From Nitrospiraceae bacterium (GTDB lineage: Bacteria; Nitrospirota; Nitrospiria; Nitrospirales; Nitrospiraceae): a stretch of 64,000 nucleotides of DNA. The notes under the pieces were generated by a model. The model was not told the DNA's origin, made no database searches, and saw only the letters and a program-made list of their open reading frames with translations. Where the stretch lies: NCBI GenBank assembly GCA_046351095.1, contig JAXLZC010000001.1:2793574-2857573 (forward strand), in the 5' to 3' direction. Numbering within the stretch: position 1 is the stretch's first letter; every line of letters begins with the position of its first letter. The translations under genes were made by a program, and so were the position numbers. This document shows positions 37,621-47,168 of the stretch, one piece after another.

Positions 37621-38130
37621 ATGCCGCAATTTGAAAGCCACTTCTACTCCTCGTTGATTTTCTGGGAAGTGATCTCCTTCGCGATCCTGTTTTGGGTGCT
37701 CTACAAGTTCGCCTTCCCGGCGATCTTAGAGACCTTGGAGTCGCGCGAGCGGAAGATTCGGGAGTCGTTGGAACTGGCGGATCGGCAGCGTGCAGATGCA
37801 GAGCGGACACTCAAGCAATACGAAGCCAAATTGGCGCAGGCGTCCAAGGAAGCCGAGCAGATCTTGGCGCAAGCCAAGGAACGCGCCACGCGATTGCTGG
37901 AAGAAAACGAGCAACGCCTGACGGCCGAAGCGGAACGTATCAAGGGCGATTCCACGCGCGAGATCGAGCAGGCACGCCGGACGGCCTTGCAGGACATTCG
38001 CAAACAAACCACCGAATTGGCGTTGATGGTAGCGGAGAAGGTCGTGCAACGCAGTTTGACCGACGCCGACCACAAGCGCTTTGCGGATGAAGCGTTGGAC
38101 GCGTTGGCACGGAACCAGGGGAAGGCGTAG
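37621..38130 (+). CDS. atpF: F0F1 ATP synthase subunit b
   Basis: One N-terminal TM helix followed by a long charged coiled coil. Confidence 0.85.
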   Translation: MPQFESHFYSSLIFWEVISFAILFWVLYKFAFPAILETLESRERKIRESLELADRQRADAERTLKQYEAKLAQASKEAEQILAQAKERATRLLEENEQRLTAEAERIKGDSTREIEQARRTALQDIRKQTTELALMVAEKVVQRSLTDADHKRFADEALDALARNQGKA

Positions 38131-38235
38131 TTCTTCCCCGCTGGCTGTGTGTCGGTCGGTGAGTGGCTTGTTGTCTGACGCTGCAGAGAGGCCATATCTC
38201 GCAGCGCAGTCTCTAGGTCGGTGGTAGATTCGAGC

Positions 38236-39120
38236 TTACCGACTCGCCTCGTGTGAATCGTCGGCGGGCGCGTAGTTGGCCTTCCCCGGGCGATATCCTT
38301 CTTGGTCGATTTCTACCGCATCAAATCCCATCAACTGGAGTCGGGCGTTTAAGTCCCGCTCTCGCTGAAAGGCGAGGAGTGCGGGGACTTCATCCGCGCC
38401 TACTTCGATCCGTGCACGTTCGCCGATCGCCCGTACGCGCACTTGGCGAAATCCGACAGCGACAAGATAGGCCTCGGCCCGTTCGATGCGTCTGAGGAGC
38501 GCGTCGGTAATGGCCTGTCCGCGGATGACGCGCGACGAGAGGCATGCGGCCGCAGGTTTGTCGGCGATGCTGATCCCCAAGAGATGCGCCACCGCGCGAA
38601 TATCCGCCTTCGTGAATCCCGCCTCGACGAGGGGGCTACGTACCTGCCATTCGTGTGCGGCTCTGATCCCCGGTCGATCGTCTCCGAAGTCGTCGAGGTG
38701 CACACCATTGACGACATATTGGAGTCCCAGCTCTTTCCGCAAGGTCTCCATCCCCGAGTAGAGGTCTGTCTTGCAGTGATAGCAGCGCATGGCGTCGTTC
38801 TCGGCAAAGGCTGGGATCGCCAATTGGTCGGTCTGGTGCCACAGGTGACGGCAGCCTATTTCTTTTGCAAGTTGTTCGCACGCCAGGCGTTCGCTTTCGG
38901 GAAAGGTCGGGGAGACAGCCGTCACGGCGACGGCATGGGGGCCGAGGCGGTCGTGCGCGACGCGAAGGACGAGCGTGCTGTCGATGCCGCCGGAGAAGGT
39001 CACAAGGACGGATTGAAGCCGGTCGAGGACATCACAGAGTGCGGCATGTTTCGTGGCCGGATCGGAGGCAACGATGGCGTTTGAAGAGGCGGCCGCCTGC
39101 CGGTCGGCCGGGCGGCTCAT
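38236..39120 (-). CDS. larE: PP-loop ATP-utilising enzyme, TIGR00268/LarE family (sulfur transferase-like)
   Basis: PP-loop TFSGGIDSTLV and conserved Cys residues (CYHCK). The start overlaps the stop of the upstream M16 gene. Confidence 0.7.
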   Translation of the reverse strand: MSRPADRQAAASSNAIVASDPATKHAALCDVLDRLQSVLVTFSGGIDSTLVLRVAHDRLGPHAVAVTAVSPTFPESERLACEQLAKEIGCRHLWHQTDQLAIPAFAENDAMRCYHCKTDLYSGMETLRKELGLQYVVNGVHLDDFGDDRPGIRAAHEWQVRSPLVEAGFTKADIRAVAHLLGISIADKPAAACLSSRVIRGQAITDALLRRIERAEAYLVAVGFRQVRVRAIGERARIEVGADEVPALLAFQRERDLNARLQLMGFDAVEIDQEGYRPGKANYAPADDSHEASR

Positions 39121-40517
39121 GGCTTGGCGTCGGTGGAGACCTTCGCCTTCGATTGATCGCCGACGACGACCAAGGCGTAGTGATGCGGGTCGAGGTACAG
39201 CTTGGCGGCGCGGAGGACGTCTTCCTTGCCGACGCGGTCGATCCAGCGCGGATACTGCGAGAAGTAGTCGAGCCCCAAATTATGCAGCTCTACGAGACTG
39301 AGCGTTTGTGCAAGTTTCGTCCCTGTATCCAGACGCAACGCAAAACTGCCCATCAGATAGGCTTTCGCGTCCGCTAGCTCTTGATCCGACACGGGGGATT
39401 CGCGAATGGCTCGGAGTTCGTGCAGTACCGACGCGATCGCTTGATTGGTCGCTTCCGTCCTGGTTTGCAGGCTGATGTAGAACGGTCCTGGTGCGACGCG
39501 TCCATCGAACTGACTGGTCACGCCGTAGGCAAGGCCTTGTTTGTCGCGGATCGTGTCCATCAACCGAGAGCCGAATCCGCCGGCACCAAAAACGTAGTTC
39601 AGCACCGTCACCGCGTAATAGTCTGGATTGCTGCGGCTCACGCCCGGGTGGCCGAGTACGATGCTCGATTGCGTCAGCTCCTTGTTGATCAATTTCAGCG
39701 TCGGTTTGGCAAGGGGCTGCGCGGCAGTCGGCTTCCCGGGGGCCACACCGCCGGGCTTCCACCCGCCGAAATATTTCACGACGAGGGCGGCCGCCTCCTC
39801 CTGCGTCACATCACCGACCAAGCTGAGGATGCTTTGGTTGGGTACGTAGTGTTGCGCGTGAAAGGCCTGCACATCTTTCAGCTCGATCAGCGGGATCGTC
39901 GATTCCGTGCCCGACACCGGCCAGCGATACGGATGGCCGGGGAAAATCATCTGCGACAGCGCGCGCATCGCTACCGTACCGGGGTCGTCCTGCTCGCTTT
40001 GTAATTGCCCCAAGACTTCGCTGCGTACGCGTTCGACTTCGTGTTTCGGGAAGACCGGATTCTGAATGATGTCCGACAGGAGCGAGAAACCCAGGTCGAC
40101 GTCCTTCTTGAGGATACGGAGCGTCGCGTTGCTGAAATCTTCCGACGCGCGCGCGCTCAACGAGCCGCCGACGAATTCGATTTGTTCGGCGAGTTGTGCG
40201 CTCGTGCGTGAGGTTGTGCCCTCGTCCAGCAGGCTCGCCGTTAGGTTGGCGACGCCGGCTTTGTCATTTGGGTCCTGCGCGGATCCCGCTTTGACCAGTA
40301 CATGCACGTCCACCATCGGCAGTGCATGTTGTTCGAGGTAGAGGACGATCAAGCCGTTCGGGAGCGTCCAGCGGACCGGGCGTAGTTCCGTCGCGTCTGC
40401 CTGCGACACGAAGGGTGACGCCCAACCGACCACGAGGACAAGGGCGCACAAGGCCATCGCCGCCACGCGGTGTGTGCGGGAACTCATGGTGGCTGTCTGC
40501 GTGCCGACAGTGCGCAT
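39117..40517 (-). CDS. M16-family peptidase, non-catalytic partner (no HxxEH)
   Basis: Insulinase fold pattern with a signal peptide. The zinc motif is replaced (NLTASLLDEGT). Confidence 0.8.
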   Translation of the reverse strand: MRTVGTQTATMSSRTHRVAAMALCALVLVVGWASPFVSQADATELRPVRWTLPNGLIVLYLEQHALPMVDVHVLVKAGSAQDPNDKAGVANLTASLLDEGTTSRTSAQLAEQIEFVGGSLSARASEDFSNATLRILKKDVDLGFSLLSDIIQNPVFPKHEVERVRSEVLGQLQSEQDDPGTVAMRALSQMIFPGHPYRWPVSGTESTIPLIELKDVQAFHAQHYVPNQSILSLVGDVTQEEAAALVVKYFGGWKPGGVAPGKPTAAQPLAKPTLKLINKELTQSSIVLGHPGVSRSNPDYYAVTVLNYVFGAGGFGSRLMDTIRDKQGLAYGVTSQFDGRVAPGPFYISLQTRTEATNQAIASVLHELRAIRESPVSDQELADAKAYLMGSFALRLDTGTKLAQTLSLVELHNLGLDYFSQYPRWIDRVGKEDVLRAAKLYLDPHHYALVVVGDQSKAKVSTDAKP

Positions 40518-41911
40518 CAGTGTCGGTGCGCCGGCTCTCCGGCATCGGAGCCGGATGGCGGCGCATCTCCCTGTGTATGCGTGGGAATCAAGATGCCGAC
40601 GGTTCGAGCGTCTTGGATCAAATATTTCGCCGCGACACGCTGCACATCTTTCGCGGTGACGGCGCGGATCCTGTCGACGTATTGGCCGACATTTCGCCAG
40701 CCGGCGCCGACCGTTTCGGCTTCGCCGAGCAACATGGCGTGGCGGAAATTCGAATCTTGCTGAAAGATAAACTCGGCTTCCACGTTGTTCTTCGCGCGCT
40801 GGATTTCGACGTCGGTCGGGAGGCTGGTTTGAATGCGGTGAATTTCCTGCTGCAGCGACGCTTCCACCGCCTCGACCTTTTGGCCGGGTTTCACGACGCC
40901 GTAAAAATAAAAGAGCCCCGGGTCGGCCTGCATCAGCGTGTATTCCGCGCCGACGGCGAGTGCGAGCTGTTGATCGTACACCAGGCTGCGATAGAGCCGC
41001 GCGCTGCGTCCGTGCGACAGGACCGATTCGAGGACGGCCAGCGCGTAAGCATCGTCGCTTTTAAAATTCGGCGCGCGGTAGCCCATCATCACGAACGGCA
41101 ACTGCGCATCGCGTTTCAGCACGAAACGGCGTTCGCCCCGTTGCTCCCCTTCCACGGCGGTCGGCGGCGTCGGCGACGGCCCACGCGGGATCGGCTCGAA
41201 CAGCTTTTTCACCGTCGGCATGATCTGCTCGGCTTTGACGTCGCCGACGACGATCAGTGTGGCGTTGTTCGGCGAATAGTAGGTGTCGTAGTGCCGTTGG
41301 AGATCGTCGAGCGTCATGGCCGTCAGGTCGCCGAACCAGCCGATGACCGGCCAATGGTACGGATGGCTGAGAAAGATCTGCGCGAACAGCGTTTCGACGA
41401 GGAAGGCTTGCGGGTCGTCTTCGATACGCAAGCGACGTTCTTCTTTGACGACTTCGCGTTCGCGGTGAAATTCCTCGCGGTCGAGTTGCAGCCCCTGCAT
41501 GCGGTCCGCTTCCAGTTCCAGCGCCAACGTCACGCGGTCCGCCGACAAATTTTCGAAGTACGCGGTGAAATCCTGGCTCGTGAAGGCGTTATCCATCCCG
41601 CCGATCTTTTTGATGAGGCGGGAGAAGGTGCCCTTGGGATGCTTCGCGGTCCCGTTGAACATCATATGTTCGAGCATGTGGGACAGTCCGGCGCGCCCCA
41701 TAACTTCGTGACGCGAGCCGACCTTGTACCAGACCTGCACGGTGGCGACCGGCGCTTTCGGCACCTCGACGATCAGCACCTTCATGCCGTTGCTCAGAAG
41801 AAATTCTTTGGGCTCGCTCGCAACGGCAGGTGTCACACAGACCGACAGACTCGCACAGAGTCCGAGTGCGAGGAGTGCGACACCAAAACTTTGAGGCAGT
41901 ATACGTAGCAT
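40517..41911 (-). CDS. M16-family zinc peptidase (catalytic subunit)
   Basis: Trimmed to the ATG at 41911 (MLRILPQSFGVALLALG...). Inverted zincin motif HMLEHMMF. Confidence 0.85.
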   Translation of the reverse strand: MLRILPQSFGVALLALGLCASLSVCVTPAVASEPKEFLLSNGMKVLIVEVPKAPVATVQVWYKVGSRHEVMGRAGLSHMLEHMMFNGTAKHPKGTFSRLIKKIGGMDNAFTSQDFTAYFENLSADRVTLALELEADRMQGLQLDREEFHREREVVKEERRLRIEDDPQAFLVETLFAQIFLSHPYHWPVIGWFGDLTAMTLDDLQRHYDTYYSPNNATLIVVGDVKAEQIMPTVKKLFEPIPRGPSPTPPTAVEGEQRGERRFVLKRDAQLPFVMMGYRAPNFKSDDAYALAVLESVLSHGRSARLYRSLVYDQQLALAVGAEYTLMQADPGLFYFYGVVKPGQKVEAVEASLQQEIHRIQTSLPTDVEIQRAKNNVEAEFIFQQDSNFRHAMLLGEAETVGAGWRNVGQYVDRIRAVTAKDVQRVAAKYLIQDARTVGILIPTHTQGDAPPSGSDAGEPAHRH

Positions 41912-41975
41912 GCGGGATATTGGGGGACGCGTCGTCGCGTCAGCGAGGCATGCTAACAACCGCTTTCGAAGCGAG

Positions 41976-43178
41976 TCAAGGCACGGGGCGCGCCGGACGC
42001 GGTGCCGCGCGGCGTGGCGGGCGAGTTGGGGTGATCGGCGGTTGTCGGTGGGCTTGTGTCGTCGGCGATGCGGCGCTGTCGGTCTGCGCAGCGGGGACAC
42101 GACCGAGTTGGCCGCAGGCGCCGAGCACGTCGCGCCCTTTGCTTTTGCGAATAAAGACATCGATGCCGGCTTGCCGCAAGACCGATTGAAACGAGAGAAC
42201 CATCGGTTCGGACGGCCGACGTAGCGGGTTTTCCGGAAAGGGGTTAAATGGGATCAAGTTCACCTTACACCGGAGGCCGCGCAGCAGAGCGACCAGTCGC
42301 GTCGCATCGCCCAGCGAATCGTTCTCCCCGGCGAGCAACACGTATTCGAACGTCAGCCGGTCGCGCGCCTTCAGCGGAAATTGCCGACAGGCTTGCATCA
42401 AGGTACGGAGCGAGGCGGTGCGTGTGGCCGAAGGCATCAACCGCGCGCGCTGGGCTTCGGTTGTGGCGTTCAACGAGATGGCGAGGTTCACCCCGAGCGG
42501 CGCGACATCGGCGATCCGCGACGCCATACCCGCCGTCGAGAGGGTGATACGTCGCGCGGCGAGGCCTACGCCCCAATCTTCGTTGGTCAAAATGGCGATA
42601 GCGGCCGCCGTCGCATCGAAATTGGCGAGCGGTTCGCCCATTCCCATGAAAACGATGTTCGTCAGGCGTTCCTGTTCGCCCAGCCGATCTTGGACGCTCA
42701 GCACCTGGTCGACGATCTCGTGTGTTTTCAGGTTGCGGAGCAGGCCCATGGTCCCTGTCAGGCAAAAGCCGCAGTCGAAGGTGCAGCCGACCTGTGAGGA
42801 GACGCAGAGCGTGCGGCGGTCGGCGTCGGGAATCAGGATCGACTCGACCGTCAGGCCGTCTTCCAGCGTGAACAAAAACTTTTGGGTGCCGTCGCCGGCC
42901 GTCAATACCGTGGCGAGCGGCAGGCGCCGAATCGTTGTCCGTGCCGCCAGCGTCGCCCGCGCGTCCTGCGAGAGGTCGGTCATGGCGTCGATTGAGCGGA
43001 CGCGTTTGGCGTAGAGCCAGCGCAGGATCTGCTTGACGCGGTAGGGCGGCCAACCCAACTGCGCCACGAGGTCCCGCAGGTCCGTCTCGCTGAAGCTCAG
43101 GAGATTCGGCAGGTCGGCGGTCGTGGAGGCGGCGCTGGATGCGGACGACGGGTCGATGGCGATGGGAGGCTGCGACAT
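41976..43178 (-). CDS. rlmN: 23S rRNA/tRNA adenine-C2 methyltransferase RlmN (radical SAM)
   Basis: YRVKQILRWLY, CVSSQVGCTFDCGFCLTG and MGMGEPL motifs. Pro/Arg-rich C-terminal tail. Confidence 0.9.
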   Translation of the reverse strand: MSQPPIAIDPSSASSAASTTADLPNLLSFSETDLRDLVAQLGWPPYRVKQILRWLYAKRVRSIDAMTDLSQDARATLAARTTIRRLPLATVLTAGDGTQKFLFTLEDGLTVESILIPDADRRTLCVSSQVGCTFDCGFCLTGTMGLLRNLKTHEIVDQVLSVQDRLGEQERLTNIVFMGMGEPLANFDATAAAIAILTNEDWGVGLAARRITLSTAGMASRIADVAPLGVNLAISLNATTEAQRARLMPSATRTASLRTLMQACRQFPLKARDRLTFEYVLLAGENDSLGDATRLVALLRGLRCKVNLIPFNPFPENPLRRPSEPMVLSFQSVLRQAGIDVFIRKSKGRDVLGACGQLGRVPAAQTDSAASPTTQAHRQPPITPTRPPRRAAPRPARPVP

Positions 43179-43390
43179 GGCGGGAGCGTAGCACGGCAGA
43201 AATTCGGCTCACAACCGGAGGATCCGGCCTGCGTCGGGCTGCACCTCATCGGCATTTGCGACGCCGGTCACTCGTGGCAGTTCTGTACGGAAGATTTTCT
43301 AGACGGCGATGACCTGCTATACTGCAGAGGATTCGATGAGGCACGTGTCTCGTCGGCTCGAATCCCTCGCACAGAACCTTCTGACCACGC

Positions 43391-45904
43391 GTGCCCTCCA
43401 TGCTGCTGCGCTCACGTCGATATCGCGTTCCTAATCAGCTCGTTCGTAGCCCGCACGCTGCGCCTATGGCCCATTGCCTGCGAGCCAGTCTCGTGGCCGC
43501 GGGGCTGGTGATCGCAGGGTTGTACGGAGCCACGTTCGGCGCAGCACAGGCCGCCAATTCAGAACCTACACAATCGACGTCGGACGCGACCCCGGCCACG
43601 ACTCCGCCATCTTCGACATCGACTACGACGAACGCCGCGACTTCATCCACTGCAGGGCAACCTGCTGTCGTCTGCGATGACCCTGAACGATGTTTCCGCG
43701 AGGCGATGCAGCGAACGAATCGTACGTCGCCGCTCGACGCGAAAGATGTGCTTGCTCGCCTCGATAAGTTGCAACCGATTCTGGAGCAGCATGCCGGGTC
43801 GCTCTGGGCAAAACGCGCGGGGTTGGTGATGGGGGTGGCGCTGCGCGAGCGCGATCCCGGACGCGCGATCCAACATTTGCGAATGGCGCGGCGTGACTTT
43901 CCGGTGCTCGATGAGTATGTGCGGCTCTGGACGGGCCAGGCGCTTATGGCGGCGGGCGATACGGCGGAAGGCGCGGCGATGCTGCAGTCCATCGGAGAAG
44001 TGGCGCCGGGCAGCCTAATCGCCTCGCGCGCCACGTTCGAAGCGGCGGAAGGCTGGTATCGGAGCGGCCATTGCGACCGAGCCATCGCGCTGTATCCGAA
44101 GGCGTTCCGGACGGACGACAACGAAAAAATCAAAGACACGACGTTCCCCGCCGGGTACCTGCATCTCGCCGACTGTTTCCAGCAGTTGCAACAATCGGCC
44201 GACGCGCAAGACACCTGGCGGCGACTTTGGGTGAAGTATCCCGGCGCGCCCGAGGCAAGGGCGGCGTATCAGCGGCTGACAGCACCTGGCCCAACGACGT
44301 TCAAGCCTTCTGCAGAAGATCGATTGGCGCGTGCGAAAGAACTACACGCGCAGGCGTTGCACGAGGAGGCGATCGAAGAGTTTCGTCAGGTGTTCGCTGG
44401 GCCCGCCGGATTGTCGGCCGGGGCGTTGAGCGAGGCGAAGTCCAAGCTGGGCATGTCCTACGTGCGCGTGAAGCGGTACGACCAAGCCAAGACCGTGTTC
44501 CAAGAATTAATCTCGGCGCGCGCGTCCGAAGCCGGTGAGGCGGTGGTGTGGCTCGCGCGCGTGTATCTACGGTTGTCCGAAGGCGAGGCGTTGCTGAAGT
44601 TGCCGCAGGCCTATCCGAAGGTGTCGCTCACGAGCGAGCAACGGGCGATGGTTTATATCCTGCGCGGTGTCTGGCAGGAAGATCAGAACAACAGCGTGGC
44701 CGCGGCCGAGGCATACAAAAAGGCGGCGGAGCAGGGTGTTACCAGCAACCACTATAGCGAAGCGCTCTGGAAAATCGGCTGGGTCTGGTATCGCGCCGGC
44801 CAATGGAAATTGGCGTTGGCCGCCTGGGAGAAGTTGGCCGCGCAACCAGAGCGGGACACGTTGGTGCCGCAGGCCCTCTATTGGATGGCGCGCACCGGCG
44901 AGCGGAATAAAGATTCGCGGGCCAATGATTGGTATCGCCAGGTCTGCCAACGGTATCCCGTGACGTATTATTGTCAGCTCGCGCGTCAGCGCGATGCGGG
45001 CTTGCCGTTGCGTGTCACGACGGCCGATCCCACGGTGGATTTGCCTGGCCCCGAAAGCCTGCCTACCGACAAACGTGAGGAAGTGACGCGCGACCCTGCC
45101 TATCGCCGTGCCGTGGAGTTGCGGTTGTTAGGCTTGGATCAGGATGCCGCGCGTGAGTTGACCGACCTGACGCAGCGCCATGCGCGCGAGCAACCGGTCG
45201 TGCTGGCGCTGTCGCGGTTGTTGGGCGAGGCCGGGGCGCATGGGCAGGCCTTGCGGTTGGCGCGTGTGCATTTCCGCGATGAACTGGAATTGCGCGGGAC
45301 GCTGAGCACTCCGGCCTTGTGGAACGTCGGGTATCCGACCGTGTTTGTGCCGACCATCGCCGCGCAGGGTATGAAGGGTGTGGATCCCTACTTGGCGGCG
45401 GCCGTGATCCGCGAGGAAAGCCAATACGATGGGCGCGCCGTCTCGCGCGTCGGCGCCATCGGGTTGATGCAGGTCATGCCGGCGACGGCCAGCGCGGTCG
45501 CCAAACGATTCGGCTTGGCGGACGTGACGCGCGACGAATTGTTCGACGAAACGACGAACGTGCGGATCGGCGTGCGGTATCTGGATCAGCTCTTGGAGCA
45601 GTTCCAAGGCAACGTCCACTACGCGGTCGCCTCGTACAACGCGGGTCCGCAGGCGGTCGCCTCCTGGGTTGCGAAACACGGCAGCAGGGATCCGGACGAA
45701 TTCGTGGAGTTAATTCCCTACCAAGAAACCCGACTCTACGTGAAACGCGTCGTCCGCAGTTATCGCGAGTATCGCCGACTGAACGACGCGGATCGTAGCA
45801 CTGCGACCGATCGCGCGACCGCGCCGGTCGCCGCTGCTGCAGCGGGCGGCGCAGCGCCCACCCCCGTGTCGTCGTCGCCTGCGCTTGCCGTCGCGACGGA
45901 GTAG
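43391..45904 (+). CDS. soluble lytic murein transglycosylase (Slt70-like, TPR/superhelical N-domain)
   Basis: The C-terminal domain carries EESQYD, GLMQVMPATA and SYNAGP. Long helical-repeat N-terminus with a signal sequence. Confidence 0.8.
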   Translation: MPSMLLRSRRYRVPNQLVRSPHAAPMAHCLRASLVAAGLVIAGLYGATFGAAQAANSEPTQSTSDATPATTPPSSTSTTTNAATSSTAGQPAVVCDDPERCFREAMQRTNRTSPLDAKDVLARLDKLQPILEQHAGSLWAKRAGLVMGVALRERDPGRAIQHLRMARRDFPVLDEYVRLWTGQALMAAGDTAEGAAMLQSIGEVAPGSLIASRATFEAAEGWYRSGHCDRAIALYPKAFRTDDNEKIKDTTFPAGYLHLADCFQQLQQSADAQDTWRRLWVKYPGAPEARAAYQRLTAPGPTTFKPSAEDRLARAKELHAQALHEEAIEEFRQVFAGPAGLSAGALSEAKSKLGMSYVRVKRYDQAKTVFQELISARASEAGEAVVWLARVYLRLSEGEALLKLPQAYPKVSLTSEQRAMVYILRGVWQEDQNNSVAAAEAYKKAAEQGVTSNHYSEALWKIGWVWYRAGQWKLALAAWEKLAAQPERDTLVPQALYWMARTGERNKDSRANDWYRQVCQRYPVTYYCQLARQRDAGLPLRVTTADPTVDLPGPESLPTDKREEVTRDPAYRRAVELRLLGLDQDAARELTDLTQRHAREQPVVLALSRLLGEAGAHGQALRLARVHFRDELELRGTLSTPALWNVGYPTVFVPTIAAQGMKGVDPYLAAAVIREESQYDGRAVSRVGAIGLMQVMPATASAVAKRFGLADVTRDELFDETTNVRIGVRYLDQLLEQFQGNVHYAVASYNAGPQAVASWVAKHGSRDPDEFVELIPYQETRLYVKRVVRSYREYRRLNDADRSTATDRATAPVAAAAAGGAAPTPVSSSPALAVATE

Positions 45905-45986
45905 TCCACGCGGTTGACAGGCGGGGAGCGGACTTTTATAGTGCGAGCAGGTCCCACCACCTTCTGCGTGGAGTGAGTCACCCCGC

Positions 45987-46241
45987 GTGGCGCTCGACAA
46001 ACTCGGTGCCGTCGAACAACGTATCAAAGATCTGGTGAAAGTGACGCAAGAGTTGCGTCAGAAAAACCAGTCGCTCGAACAGGACGTGCGGACGTTACGC
46101 GCGCGCTTGGCCGCGCAGGACGACGTGACGCGCCGGTGGGAGCGGGAGCGCGCGCATATCCGCGCGCGGGTGGAAAAAGTCTTGAACGAAGTGGAAATTT
46201 TGGAAGCGTGGGAAGAATCCAAGGAGGTGCCCCTTGGCTAA
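45987..46241 (+). CDS. ZapB-like coiled-coil protein
   Basis: 84-aa heptad-rich protein immediately upstream of zapA and overlapping it. Confidence 0.5.
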   Translation: MALDKLGAVEQRIKDLVKVTQELRQKNQSLEQDVRTLRARLAAQDDVTRRWERERAHIRARVEKVLNEVEILEAWEESKEVPLG

Positions 46242-46530
46242 GACCGTGAACGTGGACATCTACGGACAGCGGTACGCGTTGCTCGGCGACGCGGACGAGA
46301 CGTATGTGCGGCGACTGGCCCAGTATGTCGACGAGCATATGCGCGCGGTCGCCGAAGGGTTGAAGACGGTCACCCCGTCGAAGCTGGCCGTGTTGGCCGC
46401 CGTGAATATCGCGCACGAATTGTTTCAAGCCGAGCGGTTGCGCGCCCAGAACGAAGCGGATGTCGAACGGCGTATGTTGTCGTTGATGCAGTCCATCGAA
46501 GAGCAGATTCCCTCCTCGTTGCCCCGCTAA
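46234..46530 (+). CDS. zapA: cell division protein ZapA
   Basis: VNVDIYGQRYALLGDADETYVRRLAQYVDEHM...LAVLAAVNIAHEL. TTG start after AAGGAGG. Confidence 0.8.
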   Translation: MAKTVNVDIYGQRYALLGDADETYVRRLAQYVDEHMRAVAEGLKTVTPSKLAVLAAVNIAHELFQAERLRAQNEADVERRMLSLMQSIEEQIPSSLPR

Positions 46531-47168
46531 TTTCAGTCGGTCCCGTCCGACGCTCCGCGCGCCGTCGCGCGTCAGGCCGCGGTTCGCGCTCGGTTGCATC
46601 CCGCAGACGCCTTTGTTACTCTCTCCCCCGCTGTACAAATTTTTATGTCACGGAGTCCGAGCAGTCGGGACGACGGAGACGAGTGAGACATTTCAGGTCC
46701 GCGGTATGATGCAGGTGGACGCGACAACGACTTTTGTGTGCGTAATCCCGATCCTCATGGGACTCCGGTGCCTGGTACACGGAGTTCAGAGCAGAATGCG
46801 CTGCGGAGCCTGGCTTCGCAGCGTGCTGAGTGCAAGTGTGCGTGCAGTGTCGGTCGAACCCGTACGGCAGCCCCTTCCGATCCGCGTCACGCGGGTGGTG
46901 CCGATGCGGTACGCCTCCTCGGGGATCCACCCGACGGCGGCGCCCAGCCGAGGACGGCCTCGGCGTGTCGACGATACGGTACGACGCTGACTGATCGAGA
47001 CGCGATCCTTCCGAGCAGCTTCCACGCCTGATTTTCGTGCTCATCCTCCATCTCTGTGCGTCGGGCCGTCGCCCACGTCGCAGCCGTTCGTCCGATCGCT
47101 CCTACCGACAGACGGTCTCTTGCAGCCGAACCCTGGCGGGCGGCTCGAGACTGTGAAAGGGGGGTACC

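Noticed and set aside
43327-43368. Hairpin containing TCGAATCC, superficially like a tRNA T-arm, in the rlmN/slt divergent spacer.
   Set aside because: No acceptor, D or anticodon arms can be drawn around it. It is probably just an inverted repeat or operator.
46693-46701. TCAGGTCCG resembling the SRP RNA helix-8 motif. I also checked the zapA-rny spacer for RNase P and tmRNA motifs.
   Set aside because: The GGAA tetraloop context and complementary strand are missing. There are no GAGGAAAGUCC or tRNA-like 3' end motifs.
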